From Polyangiales bacterium (GTDB lineage: Bacteria; Myxococcota_A; Polyangia; Polyangiales; Polyangiaceae): a DNA stretch of 64,000 nucleotides. How positions within the stretch are numbered: position 1 is the first letter of the stretch; each line of letters begins with the position of its first letter. Shown here one piece after another: positions 30,326 through 38,491 of the stretch. The notes beneath the pieces are model-generated. The model was not told the origin of the DNA. It ran no database searches and saw only the letters and a list, made by a program, of their open reading frames with translations. Location: assembly GCA_038231275.1 (NCBI GenBank), contig JBBRLQ010000017.1, positions 96,001 to 160,000 of the forward strand, given 5' to 3'. A program made the translations under genes and the position numbers.

Positions 30326-30781
30326 ATGAGGGCGGTCGTCCAGCGCGTCGACGAGGCCGAGGTCACCGTCGCCGGCGAGACGACGGGGAAGATCGCGCAA
30401 GGCCTGCTCGTATACTTGGGCGCCGGCAAAGGCGACACCGACGCCGATCGCACCTATGTGCTCTCGAAGGTGCTCGGCTTGCGCATCTTCGAGAACGACG
30501 CCGGCAAGATGGACAAGAGCGTCGTCGACGTCGGCGGGGGCCTGCTCGTCGTCAGTCAGTTCACGCTCTACGGCGACGTACGGCGCGGCCGGCGGCCGAG
30601 CTTCGACGACGCGATGCCACCCGAGGACGCCGAGCGCGCGTACGACGCCTTCGTCGCCGCGGCGCGCGCGGAGCTCGGCCGCGATCGCGTGAGCACCGGT
30701 TCCTTCCGCGCCGACATGCGCGTGCGCAGCGTCAACGCAGGCCCGGTCACGATCTGGATCGACAGCGCGAAATCGAGCTGA
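30326..30781 (+). CDS. dtd: D-aminoacyl-tRNA deacylase
   Basis: MRAVVQRV, LRIF, SQFTL, GRRPSF, NAGPVT (Gly-cisPro). Confidence 0.97.
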   Translation: MRAVVQRVDEAEVTVAGETTGKIAQGLLVYLGAGKGDTDADRTYVLSKVLGLRIFENDAGKMDKSVVDVGGGLLVVSQFTLYGDVRRGRRPSFDDAMPPEDAERAYDAFVAAARAELGRDRVSTGSFRADMRVRSVNAGPVTIWIDSAKSS

Positions 30782-30834
30782 AATTCCGGGTATCCAGCGT
30801 TGCGCGGCGAGGACGTGCGCGCTACTCCTGGTCC

Positions 30835-31968
30835 GTGCGTTCGTGGGCAAGCATCGTTTCGTGTGTCGCGTCGGCCATCGCCGTCGCGGCGTGCGGCGCG
30901 TCCACCAACACCGCGTCGGAGAGCTTCGTCGACGCAGGCGCTCCGAACGATGATGCCGTCGCGACCGACGCAGACGCCGCGCGCGACGCGATCGCAAACC
31001 CGGGCCCGCGCGACGGCGCCACCGATCTCGCTCCCGCCGACACATGGACATGGCTCGACGTCCCCGGCGCGCGCTGCGCGAACGGATCGCCGACGGGCAT
31101 CGGCGTCAACGTCCACCCGGGCGCGAAGCGCGTCTTCGTCTTCTTGCAAGGCGGCGGCGCGTGCGCGACGGCCGACACGTGCTGGATCCATCCGACCGCG
31201 ACGAACATGGCGACGGGCTACGGCGTGGCGAGCTTCGTGAAGGACGTGCCCAACCTCGCGGCGCCGCTCCAGCGCTCGATCCTGAACCCACTCCGCGACG
31301 CTACGTTCGTCTACGTCCCCTACTGCACGGGTGACGTGCACGTCGGCACGGGCGTCGCGACGTACTCGGTCGATGGCATCGACACGCCGACGTACCACTA
31401 CGGCGCGCGCAACCTCGACCTGTACATGGCAAAGCTCGCCGCCGCGTTGCCTCGCCCCGATCGCCTGTGGATCTACGGCGCAAGCGCCGGCGGCTATGGC
31501 TCGTTCTTGAACCAGGAGGCGGTGACGACCGCGTTCGGCGGCGTGCGCGTCGATCTCGTCGACGACTCCGGGCCTCCCATCGACTCGTCCGCGATCGGCG
31601 ACGCCGCCGCCAACGCGTGGGGCGCGCGCATCTCCCCTGCGTGCACCGACTGCGTCGGCCCCAAGATGCTCACCAAGGCGTTCGCGTACGCGCGCGCGAA
31701 ATATCCCGACACGCGCTACGCATTCGTCACCTACCAGACCGACACGGTGCTCCCGAGCCTCTACGGCGTCACCCCCGCCGACTTCGCGGGGGAGCTCTCG
31801 CAGCTCGTCACGAGCCTCGCCGCCGATCCGAACGCGCGGACGTTTCTCGCCATCGGTTCCGGGCACGTCGTCGGATCGACCAGCAGTCCGCTCACCGGCG
31901 TCCACCTCTTGTCGTTCCTCGGCAAGATGGTGACCGACGATCCGACGTGGGCGAACGTCGTCGAGTAG
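30835..31968 (+). CDS. Pectin acetylesterase/Notum-family hydrolase lipoprotein
   Basis: Lipobox VAA-C; CANGS, FLQGGGAC, YVPYCTGDVHVG, GASAGG, DDSGP. Confidence 0.85.
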   Translation: MRSWASIVSCVASAIAVAACGASTNTASESFVDAGAPNDDAVATDADAARDAIANPGPRDGATDLAPADTWTWLDVPGARCANGSPTGIGVNVHPGAKRVFVFLQGGGACATADTCWIHPTATNMATGYGVASFVKDVPNLAAPLQRSILNPLRDATFVYVPYCTGDVHVGTGVATYSVDGIDTPTYHYGARNLDLYMAKLAAALPRPDRLWIYGASAGGYGSFLNQEAVTTAFGGVRVDLVDDSGPPIDSSAIGDAAANAWGARISPACTDCVGPKMLTKAFAYARAKYPDTRYAFVTYQTDTVLPSLYGVTPADFAGELSQLVTSLAADPNARTFLAIGSGHVVGSTSSPLTGVHLLSFLGKMVTDDPTWANVVE

Positions 31969-31995
31969 CTCGCTCCTTCGTAGTTCGGTGCCGTG

Positions 31996-33600
31996 TCACG
32001 GACACTTGTCGCGCGGTGTCAAGATGACCGGATCGCGCGGCGCTTGGTTGAAGTCGAACGCGCCGAGGAGGCTGCCGGCGATCCCGTCGCGCGCGCGCTT
32101 GCTCCGCGTCGTCATGAAGTGCATGCCCCAAAGCTCTTCGACCAGACGCGGCACGCTGGCCTGCTCGGTGTGGTGCTTGAGGACGTGCCCCTTCTTCGAA
32201 TAGGGCGAGATGACGAGGAGCGGCAAACGGAAGCCGTTCTCCATGATCTTCCCGTTCTTGCAGCGGTGCACGCGCGGCTTCACGTGATCGTAGAAGCCTC
32301 CCCAGTCGTCCCACGTGACGACGATCGCCATCTCCTTCCACTGCGGGAGCTTCATCGCGGCGTTCACGATGTCGACGGTGAAGTTCTCGCCCTTGCACGG
32401 AGACGCCGGCGGATGCTCGGAGATCTCGCCGCCCGACAGGTGCGCGATGGTGAGGTTCGCGATGTTGCCGGCCTTCAGGTCGGCGACGAGCTGGTGCGAT
32501 TTGCGGAAGTGCTTCGCGTGGCCGGGCTGCGACGCGACCGATTTGATCTGCATCGCCATCGGCCCGCCGTAGTCCATCCAGCTGAAGCCGCGCGGCAGGT
32601 GGTCGGGGAGCGACGGCAGGTTGAAGCACGGCGCGACCTTCTTCGTGTTGCACGTGAGCGGGTTGAAGGCGGTCGCCGTCAGTCCCTTACTCGCGCTGCA
32701 GCCGACGCCGGTGCAGCCGCCCTTGGCGTGGCACTTCGGGTTGTCGATCGTCGTCGAGCGGCCGAACCAGAAGACCTCGTGCCCCGGAGAGCTCGGCCCC
32801 AGCGTCGTCGAGAACATGTGATCGGCGAGGACGAACTCGCGCGCGTACTTCCAGTAGTTCGGAATTTGGTGCTCGCCGTAGCGGATGAACGGCGTCATCC
32901 CCTTGCTGTCGACGTTGAAGCCGTCCATCGCGCCGCCGGCGTATGCGTCCTGCCCGCACTTGTTGGAGTGGCAGGGGGTGCCGATCGGACCGTTGGGGGC
33001 CAAGGGCCTTCGGATGACGCGACCGCTCTTCAACTTCGCCTTGGTGCTCGACGACGCGCCGGGGAAGCCGGTGAAGTAGTTGTCGAACGTGTGGTTCTCT
33101 TTGATGAGCACCATGACGTATTTGATCTTGGAGGGGATCGCCGCCATGACCTCGGCTGTCGCCTCGAGGGGGAACGGCTCGTCGGCGGTGGCCGGGATGC
33201 CGTCGACCTCGTCGGCGCTCTCGTCCTCGCCGGCGTCCTCGGTGGACGCGAGCTCGCCGTCGGCGCCGGTGTCGGCCTCCGCCTCTGCCTCGGTGTCGTC
33301 TGCGACCCCGCCTGCGCTCGGGTCTGCGCCGGCGAACTTGGCGTTCGTACCACGCACCGGATCGGCGGCGGTGCACGCGATCGGATCGGCATCGGGATCG
33401 AGATCGGGATCGGACGCGAGCGCTTCGGCGGGCTCGGCTTCGCCGCCTTCGTCGTCGTCGGCTTCCGTGAGATCGGCCTCGGACTGGCTCGCGTCCTCGG
33501 GAGGTGCGCTGCTGCATCCGGCCGAAGAGGCGATGGCGACGACACCGGTAAGGGCAAACGAGAGGAGGAAGAGACGCGGTAAGAGACGGCCTGCTCGCAT
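31996..33600 (-). CDS. Phosphoesterase (phospholipase C/acid phosphatase family) lipoprotein
   Basis: Lipobox SAG-C; IKENHTFDNYF, LADHMFS, SEHP, TWDDWGGFYDHV, GFRLPLLVISPY. Confidence 0.9.
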   Translation of the reverse strand: MRAGRLLPRLFLLSFALTGVVAIASSAGCSSAPPEDASQSEADLTEADDDEGGEAEPAEALASDPDLDPDADPIACTAADPVRGTNAKFAGADPSAGGVADDTEAEAEADTGADGELASTEDAGEDESADEVDGIPATADEPFPLEATAEVMAAIPSKIKYVMVLIKENHTFDNYFTGFPGASSSTKAKLKSGRVIRRPLAPNGPIGTPCHSNKCGQDAYAGGAMDGFNVDSKGMTPFIRYGEHQIPNYWKYAREFVLADHMFSTTLGPSSPGHEVFWFGRSTTIDNPKCHAKGGCTGVGCSASKGLTATAFNPLTCNTKKVAPCFNLPSLPDHLPRGFSWMDYGGPMAMQIKSVASQPGHAKHFRKSHQLVADLKAGNIANLTIAHLSGGEISEHPPASPCKGENFTVDIVNAAMKLPQWKEMAIVVTWDDWGGFYDHVKPRVHRCKNGKIMENGFRLPLLVISPYSKKGHVLKHHTEQASVPRLVEELWGMHFMTTRSKRARDGIAGSLLGAFDFNQAPRDPVILTPRDKCP

Positions 33601-33613
33601 ACAGGGTGCGAGA

Positions 33614-33628
33614 GCAAGCGCCGTGCTA
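33614..33628 (-). promoter_or_regulatory. Variant sigma54-like element (TAGCAC-GGCGC-TTGC)
   Basis: AG instead of GG at -24, otherwise consensus; ATG 33600 follows after 13 nt. Confidence 0.35.
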
Positions 33629-33771
33629 GGCGCCTGGATCGGCCTCGAATCAGCGCAAAATTCGCCGGTTTCCGCCGCAGAGTGCGGCGCGCACGTATGG
33701 AGGGTTCATGCCCCACCGCGGCGCCCCGCGCAGCGTCTCGCGACGACTCGCGATGGCAGCTGCGATGGCCA

Positions 33772-34272
33772 CTACGACGGTCCGGCGCCGATCGCGCGCT
33801 CGAGGCGCGCCCACATTCGCGGATCGCCGAGATCGCCCAGCGCCTTGCGGAACGCCGCCCACTCGGATCGGTACATCGCGAGCTTGTTCGGAACGTCGCG
33901 CGACGCTTCGACGTTGGCGATGCGATCGGCGAGCTTCAAGATCACCGCCGCGGGGAGCGCGCGGATCTTGGCGTAGGCGGTCGCGTTTCGCTCTTTGCGA
34001 TCGGCCCCCTCGCCCGTCACCGCCCAGACGAGCTCCGCGACGTCGGCGCCGAAGCGCGTTTCGATCTCGTCTTTGCTGACCGGCGTGTCCTCGACGGCGT
34101 CGTGCAGCCACGCGGCGACGCCCAGCGCCCCGCCGTAGCCGAAGTCGGCGAGCACCGCGCGGACCTGCGTGAGGTGCGTCACGTACGGTGCGTCGCCATA
34201 CTTCTTCGTCCCGTGCGCCGACTCGGCGAACACGCGGGCGTCCGTCTCGCGGGGATCTCGTGCGCCTTGCAT
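33772..34272 (-). CDS. Stand-alone HD-domain (p)ppGpp hydrolase-like protein (Mesh1/SAH)
   Basis: AHG..PYVTHL..AAWLHDAVEDT..FGADVAELV..VT..KLADRIAN. Confidence 0.85.
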   Translation of the reverse strand: MQGARDPRETDARVFAESAHGTKKYGDAPYVTHLTQVRAVLADFGYGGALGVAAWLHDAVEDTPVSKDEIETRFGADVAELVWAVTGEGADRKERNATAYAKIRALPAAVILKLADRIANVEASRDVPNKLAMYRSEWAAFRKALGDLGDPRMWARLERAIGAGPS

Positions 34273-34343
34273 GGACGGCCCGAGTGTAAGCCATCACCGA
34301 CAACTTGTGGATCGGCACGACGAAACCTAGTTGAATCGCCGTC

Positions 34344-34748
34344 GTGAACGACGAACCGGCGGAGACGAAGGCGGAAGCTGCAGCCGAGCCGTCCGCCGCG
34401 GTGCCCCCGCCGGAGGAAACCGACGATCTCGTCTTCGAGACGCTCTGGGGTCGCGTCATGGAGGCGTGGGACGATGACAAGCCGCACGGCGCCGTCCTCG
34501 AGTATTCACTCCGCGCGCAGAGGTTGCCCGATCTCGCGGGCCGCTACCGCGCGCTCGCCGACGATCCCGAGAAGGGCGCGCGCGCGAAGAAGAAGATCGA
34601 CGGCATCGTGGTGGCCGCGACCCAGCTCATGCTGTCCAGCAAGACGCCGAAGCTCGAGAAGCCGCCGCCGTACCTGACGTGGACTGCGTTCTTCATCTTC
34701 CTCGTGGTGATGGGCCTCATCGCGTACGCGCTGGCGCCCAAGAAGTAG
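34344..34748 (+). CDS. Hypothetical protein with C-terminal TM
   Basis: Strong codon bias; C-terminal hydrophobic helix followed by KK. Confidence 0.7.
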   Translation: MNDEPAETKAEAAAEPSAAVPPPEETDDLVFETLWGRVMEAWDDDKPHGAVLEYSLRAQRLPDLAGRYRALADDPEKGARAKKKIDGIVVAATQLMLSSKTPKLEKPPPYLTWTAFFIFLVVMGLIAYALAPKK

Positions 34749-34759
34749 CGCAAGCGCGA

Positions 34760-35785
34760 TCAGCGACGGACGAGGCGAACCGCGAGCGCGAGGGCTTCGT
34801 GCATGCCGCGCGGATCGGCGGTCCCCTTCCCCGCGCGATCGTAGGCGGTGCCGTGATCGACGCTGGTGCGCACGATCGGCAGACCGAGCGAGACGTTGAC
34901 GGCCTCGCCGAAGCTCGTGAGCTTCATCGCGATGGTCGCTTGGTCGTGGTACATCGCCACGGCGCCGTCGAACGTGCCGGCTGCGGCGAGGCGGAGCGCG
35001 CTCTCGGCGGGCACCGGTCCCGTGACGGTCGCGCGAATCTTCTCCCGCGCGAGGCGCGTCCGTGCGCGCGCGATGCCGGGAGTCACGGCGCGCACCTCTT
35101 GATGCCCCAGGCGCCCCGCCTCGCCGGCGTGCGGGTTGAGGCCGCACACCACGATCCTCGGGGATTTTCGGCCTGCGCGCGCGAGCAGGTCGCCGAGCCA
35201 GAACGTGGCGCGCGCGACCGCCGCGGGCGTGATCGCACGCGGAACGCTCGCGAGAGGGAGGTGCGTTGTGACGAGCGACGTGACGAGGCCTTCACCGTAG
35301 AAGGCCATCACGACCTCCCGCGCGCGCAGGCGCCGTTGGAGGTGCTCGGTGTGTCCGAGAAACGCGCGTGAGCCTGGCGCGCCGCTGCCGGCGATCGCGT
35401 CCTTGCTGACGGGACCGGTGACGAGCGCGTCGGCGTCACCTCGTCTCACGAGATCGCAGGCCGCGTCGACCCACGCGAGCTGCGCGGCGCCCGACGCGCG
35501 CGTCGGCCGACCGGGCGCGCGATCGCGGAGAGCCAGCGCCGCTCCCGGTTGGAGCACGCCCATGAGCCCGCGCGGGAGATCCCACGCGTCGGTCGCCGCC
35601 GGGACGACGACGAACCGATCCTCGGCCACGCCTGCGAGACGCGCGGCCGCCCGGATCGCGCCGAGATCGCCGACGAAGAGCGCGCGCGCCGAGCGTGGAG
35701 ACAAGTCGGACGCCGCCGCGACCGAGACCTCGGGCCCGACGCCGCACGGGCAGCCGATCGATATGGCGAGGCGCGCGGGCTTCAT
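34760..35785 (-). CDS. pdxA: 4-hydroxythreonine-4-phosphate dehydrogenase PdxA
   Basis: GCPCGVGPE, TGPVSK, GHTE, TTHLPL, GLNPHAGE, MYHDQ, RTSVDHGTA. Confidence 0.93.
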   Translation of the reverse strand: MKPARLAISIGCPCGVGPEVSVAAASDLSPRSARALFVGDLGAIRAAARLAGVAEDRFVVVPAATDAWDLPRGLMGVLQPGAALALRDRAPGRPTRASGAAQLAWVDAACDLVRRGDADALVTGPVSKDAIAGSGAPGSRAFLGHTEHLQRRLRAREVVMAFYGEGLVTSLVTTHLPLASVPRAITPAAVARATFWLGDLLARAGRKSPRIVVCGLNPHAGEAGRLGHQEVRAVTPGIARARTRLAREKIRATVTGPVPAESALRLAAAGTFDGAVAMYHDQATIAMKLTSFGEAVNVSLGLPIVRTSVDHGTAYDRAGKGTADPRGMHEALALAVRLVRR

Positions 35786-36576
35786 CGCGCGCGCGCGCGG
35801 CGCGGAGACTCGGCGTCGCTCACGCCGACCTTCACCACCGGCGCGAGCTCGTCCTCGTCTACGCCGCTGCCCGCCGTATCGCTCGGCGTCCGAAGTTTGT
35901 AACCGGCGCCGCGCATCGTCTCGAGCGGGAGCGCCTCGCCGAGCTTGGCGCGCAGGCGCCGCACGTGGATGTCGACGGTGCGCGCGCCGCCGTCGTACGC
36001 CATTCCCCACACGCGCGAGAGGAGCGCGTCGCGGCTGAAGACGCGCCCACGATTGCTCGCCAGGAACGCGAGCAGCGCGAACTCCTTGGCGGTGAGCGAC
36101 ACCCGTCGTCCGTCGACGGTGACCTCGTGCGCCGCGCGATCGATCACGAGCCCGCCCATCTTGAGGCGCTCGTCCGTCGCGAACTCACTCCGCTTCCATT
36201 CGAGCGCGCGGATGCGCGCGTAGAGCTCCGCCGGCACGTACGGCGGGACGATGAAATCGTCGAAGCCGCTCGAAGGCTCGACGCGCGCCACCTGACGCTC
36301 GGGCACCGAGAGGATCGAAGGCACGGTCTCCAGGCTCGCCTCCCGCCGCAGCGCACGCAGCGCGGCGATCGCGAGATCGGGACGATCGCCGCCCTCGATG
36401 ACGATGGCGCGCGCGCGATCCTCGCCAAGCGAAATCACGCCGGAGACGTCGTCCCACAGGTCCACCGTGCGAACGCGCGCGCCGAGCTGACGGAGCACCG
36501 CGGCCGCCCCTTCGTCGCTGTCGAGGAGCGCGCCGTGCCCGACGACCAGCACGAACGGCGATTGTGAGCCGGACAT
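35782..36576 (-). CDS. OmpR/PhoB-family winged-helix regulator with atypical receiver
   Basis: AGGAG SD; LTAKEFALL..VFSRDALLSRVWG..RTVDIHVRRLRAKLG..RGAGYK; receiver lacks the DD pocket and conserved Lys. Confidence 0.88.
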   Translation of the reverse strand: MSGSQSPFVLVVGHGALLDSDEGAAAVLRQLGARVRTVDLWDDVSGVISLGEDRARAIVIEGGDRPDLAIAALRALRREASLETVPSILSVPERQVARVEPSSGFDDFIVPPYVPAELYARIRALEWKRSEFATDERLKMGGLVIDRAAHEVTVDGRRVSLTAKEFALLAFLASNRGRVFSRDALLSRVWGMAYDGGARTVDIHVRRLRAKLGEALPLETMRGAGYKLRTPSDTAGSGVDEDELAPVVKVGVSDAESPRRARAR

Positions 36577-36824
36577 CGAACTCCTGATAGCGGGTGTCGG
36601 GCCACGGGGCAATGCGCCCGAATGCGACGGGACGACCCGGCGCAAACGCCTCGTCAAACGAACGCCATTTCGAGCAGTTACAGCCCGTGGTGCGACGCGC
36701 GCGACGCGGCCCGACTCGAGCGTGCGCGTCGGTTTCCTTGGCACGAACGCGGACGTCTGCGGACGTCGGCCCGAGTTTTCCTTCCTCGGCACGGCTCGTG
36801 TACGCTCCATCACGGTAGAACTTC

Positions 36825-38471
36825 ATGGCGACCTGCCCCGTTTGCCGAAAGCGCTATCCCGATGACGTCACGACGTGCGCGGAGGACGGCGAGCACTTGC
36901 TCCCGAACGAAGCGTTCACGGGGGTGGACGTGGATCTGTCCGCGGGGCACGTGGTCGGCGAGTACCGCATCGAGGGAAAGCTCGGCGAGGGTGGGTTCGG
37001 CGTCGTCTACCGCGCGGTGCACCCGCTCATCGGCAAGGCGGCGGCGGTCAAGGTCCTGAACCGCCAGTATTCGGCGAACCCACAGATGGTCTCGCGCTTC
37101 ATCTCCGAGGCGCGGGCGGTGAACCAGATCCGGCACCGCAACATCATCGACATCTTCGCGTTCGGCTCGCTCGAGGACGGGCGACAGTACTTCATCATGG
37201 AGCTGCTCGAGGGCCTCCCGCTCGATGGCCACCTCGCCAAGAGGGGGCGCCTCAGCGTCGAGGAGGCGGTCGCGATCCTTCGCCCCGTGGCGCGCGCGCT
37301 CGACGCCGCGCACGCGTCGGGCATCGCGCACCGCGATCTCAAGCCCGAGAACATTTTCCTCAGCTTCGACGACGAGGGCGCGCCGTACCCGAAGCTCCTC
37401 GACTTCGGCATCGCCAAGCTCCTCGCGCCCGACGCCACCGCCGGCGGACAGAGCAAGACGCGCACCGGAACGCCGATGGGGACGCCGTATTACATGTCCC
37501 CCGAGCAGTGCCGCGGGAAGAACGTCGATCAGCGCACCGACGTCTACTCGTTCGGCATCATGCTCCACCAGGTCCTCGCCGGGAAGCTGCCGTTCGAAGG
37601 CGAGGACATCATGGATCTGCTCATCAAGCAGAGCACCGCGCCCGCGCCGCCGCTGTCGACCGTGGCGACCGATCTGCCGCCGTCGCTCGACGCGCCGATC
37701 CTCGCGATGCTCGAGAAAGATCCGGCGAAGAGGCCGGCGTCGGTGGGCGGCGCGATGGAGAGCTTCATCACTGCGGCGCGTGAGTCGGGGTTCGGGGTCG
37801 CCGGAGCCGCCGGCGGCAGCGTCCTGCGCGGCCCCGGGCAGAGCGGGCCGACGCCGAACCTGCCGATCCAGTCGCGACCGCATATGACGCCCGCCGAGAT
37901 GGCGGTCGCGCACGCGTCGACGATGGTGAAGGCGCCGCACCTGCAGACGTTCCAGGGCGCGGGCATGGACGTCGCCGCCGCGCCGAAGAAGCGGACCGCG
38001 ATCTACGTCCTCGCGCCCGTCATGCTCCTCGTCGGGCTCGGCGTCGGCCTGTTCGTCCTCAAGCAAGCGAAGCCCTCGAAGGTCGCCGGGAAGGACCCCG
38101 TGCCGGTGACGAGCATCGCACCGTCCGCCAGCGTGAGCGCGACGCAGGCCGCGATCTCGGCGACGGTGAGCGCGCCGAAGCCGCCCGAGGACGTCCTCGT
38201 GACCGTGAAAGCGGTCCCCGAGCACGCGACGATCTACCTCGGCGACGAGCGCATCGGCGTCGCGCCCGGTCCGGTCAAGATCCGCCGCGGAACCGACAAG
38301 GTGAAGCTGACGCTGAAGGCGGATGGGTACACGCCGTACGACGTCGAGCTCGAGCCGACGGAGAACACCGTCGTGAACGCGAAGCTCGCGAAGGTGTTCG
38401 GCGGCCCCAAAAAGCCGGTGAATCCGCAAGGCGGAACCTCGGGCGAGCTCGAGGATCCGTTCAAGAAGTGA
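36825..38471 (+). CDS. Transmembrane Ser/Thr protein kinase with N-terminal Cys motif and C-terminal PEGA domain
   Basis: CPVC; GEGGFG, AVK, HRDLKPEN, DFG, GTPYYMSPE; TM; PEGA-like VKAVPEHATIYLGD. Confidence 0.93.
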   Translation: MATCPVCRKRYPDDVTTCAEDGEHLLPNEAFTGVDVDLSAGHVVGEYRIEGKLGEGGFGVVYRAVHPLIGKAAAVKVLNRQYSANPQMVSRFISEARAVNQIRHRNIIDIFAFGSLEDGRQYFIMELLEGLPLDGHLAKRGRLSVEEAVAILRPVARALDAAHASGIAHRDLKPENIFLSFDDEGAPYPKLLDFGIAKLLAPDATAGGQSKTRTGTPMGTPYYMSPEQCRGKNVDQRTDVYSFGIMLHQVLAGKLPFEGEDIMDLLIKQSTAPAPPLSTVATDLPPSLDAPILAMLEKDPAKRPASVGGAMESFITAARESGFGVAGAAGGSVLRGPGQSGPTPNLPIQSRPHMTPAEMAVAHASTMVKAPHLQTFQGAGMDVAAAPKKRTAIYVLAPVMLLVGLGVGLFVLKQAKPSKVAGKDPVPVTSIAPSASVSATQAAISATVSAPKPPEDVLVTVKAVPEHATIYLGDERIGVAPGPVKIRRGTDKVKLTLKADGYTPYDVELEPTENTVVNAKLAKVFGGPKKPVNPQGGTSGELEDPFKK

Positions 38472-38491
38472 GCTCTCTCCCAAAGGTGGCC

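Noticed and set aside
36666..36681. GTAAC-N5-GAAAT upstream of the atypical OmpR regulator as a GlnR box
   Set aside because: The spacer is 5 rather than 6 nt and there is only one copy.
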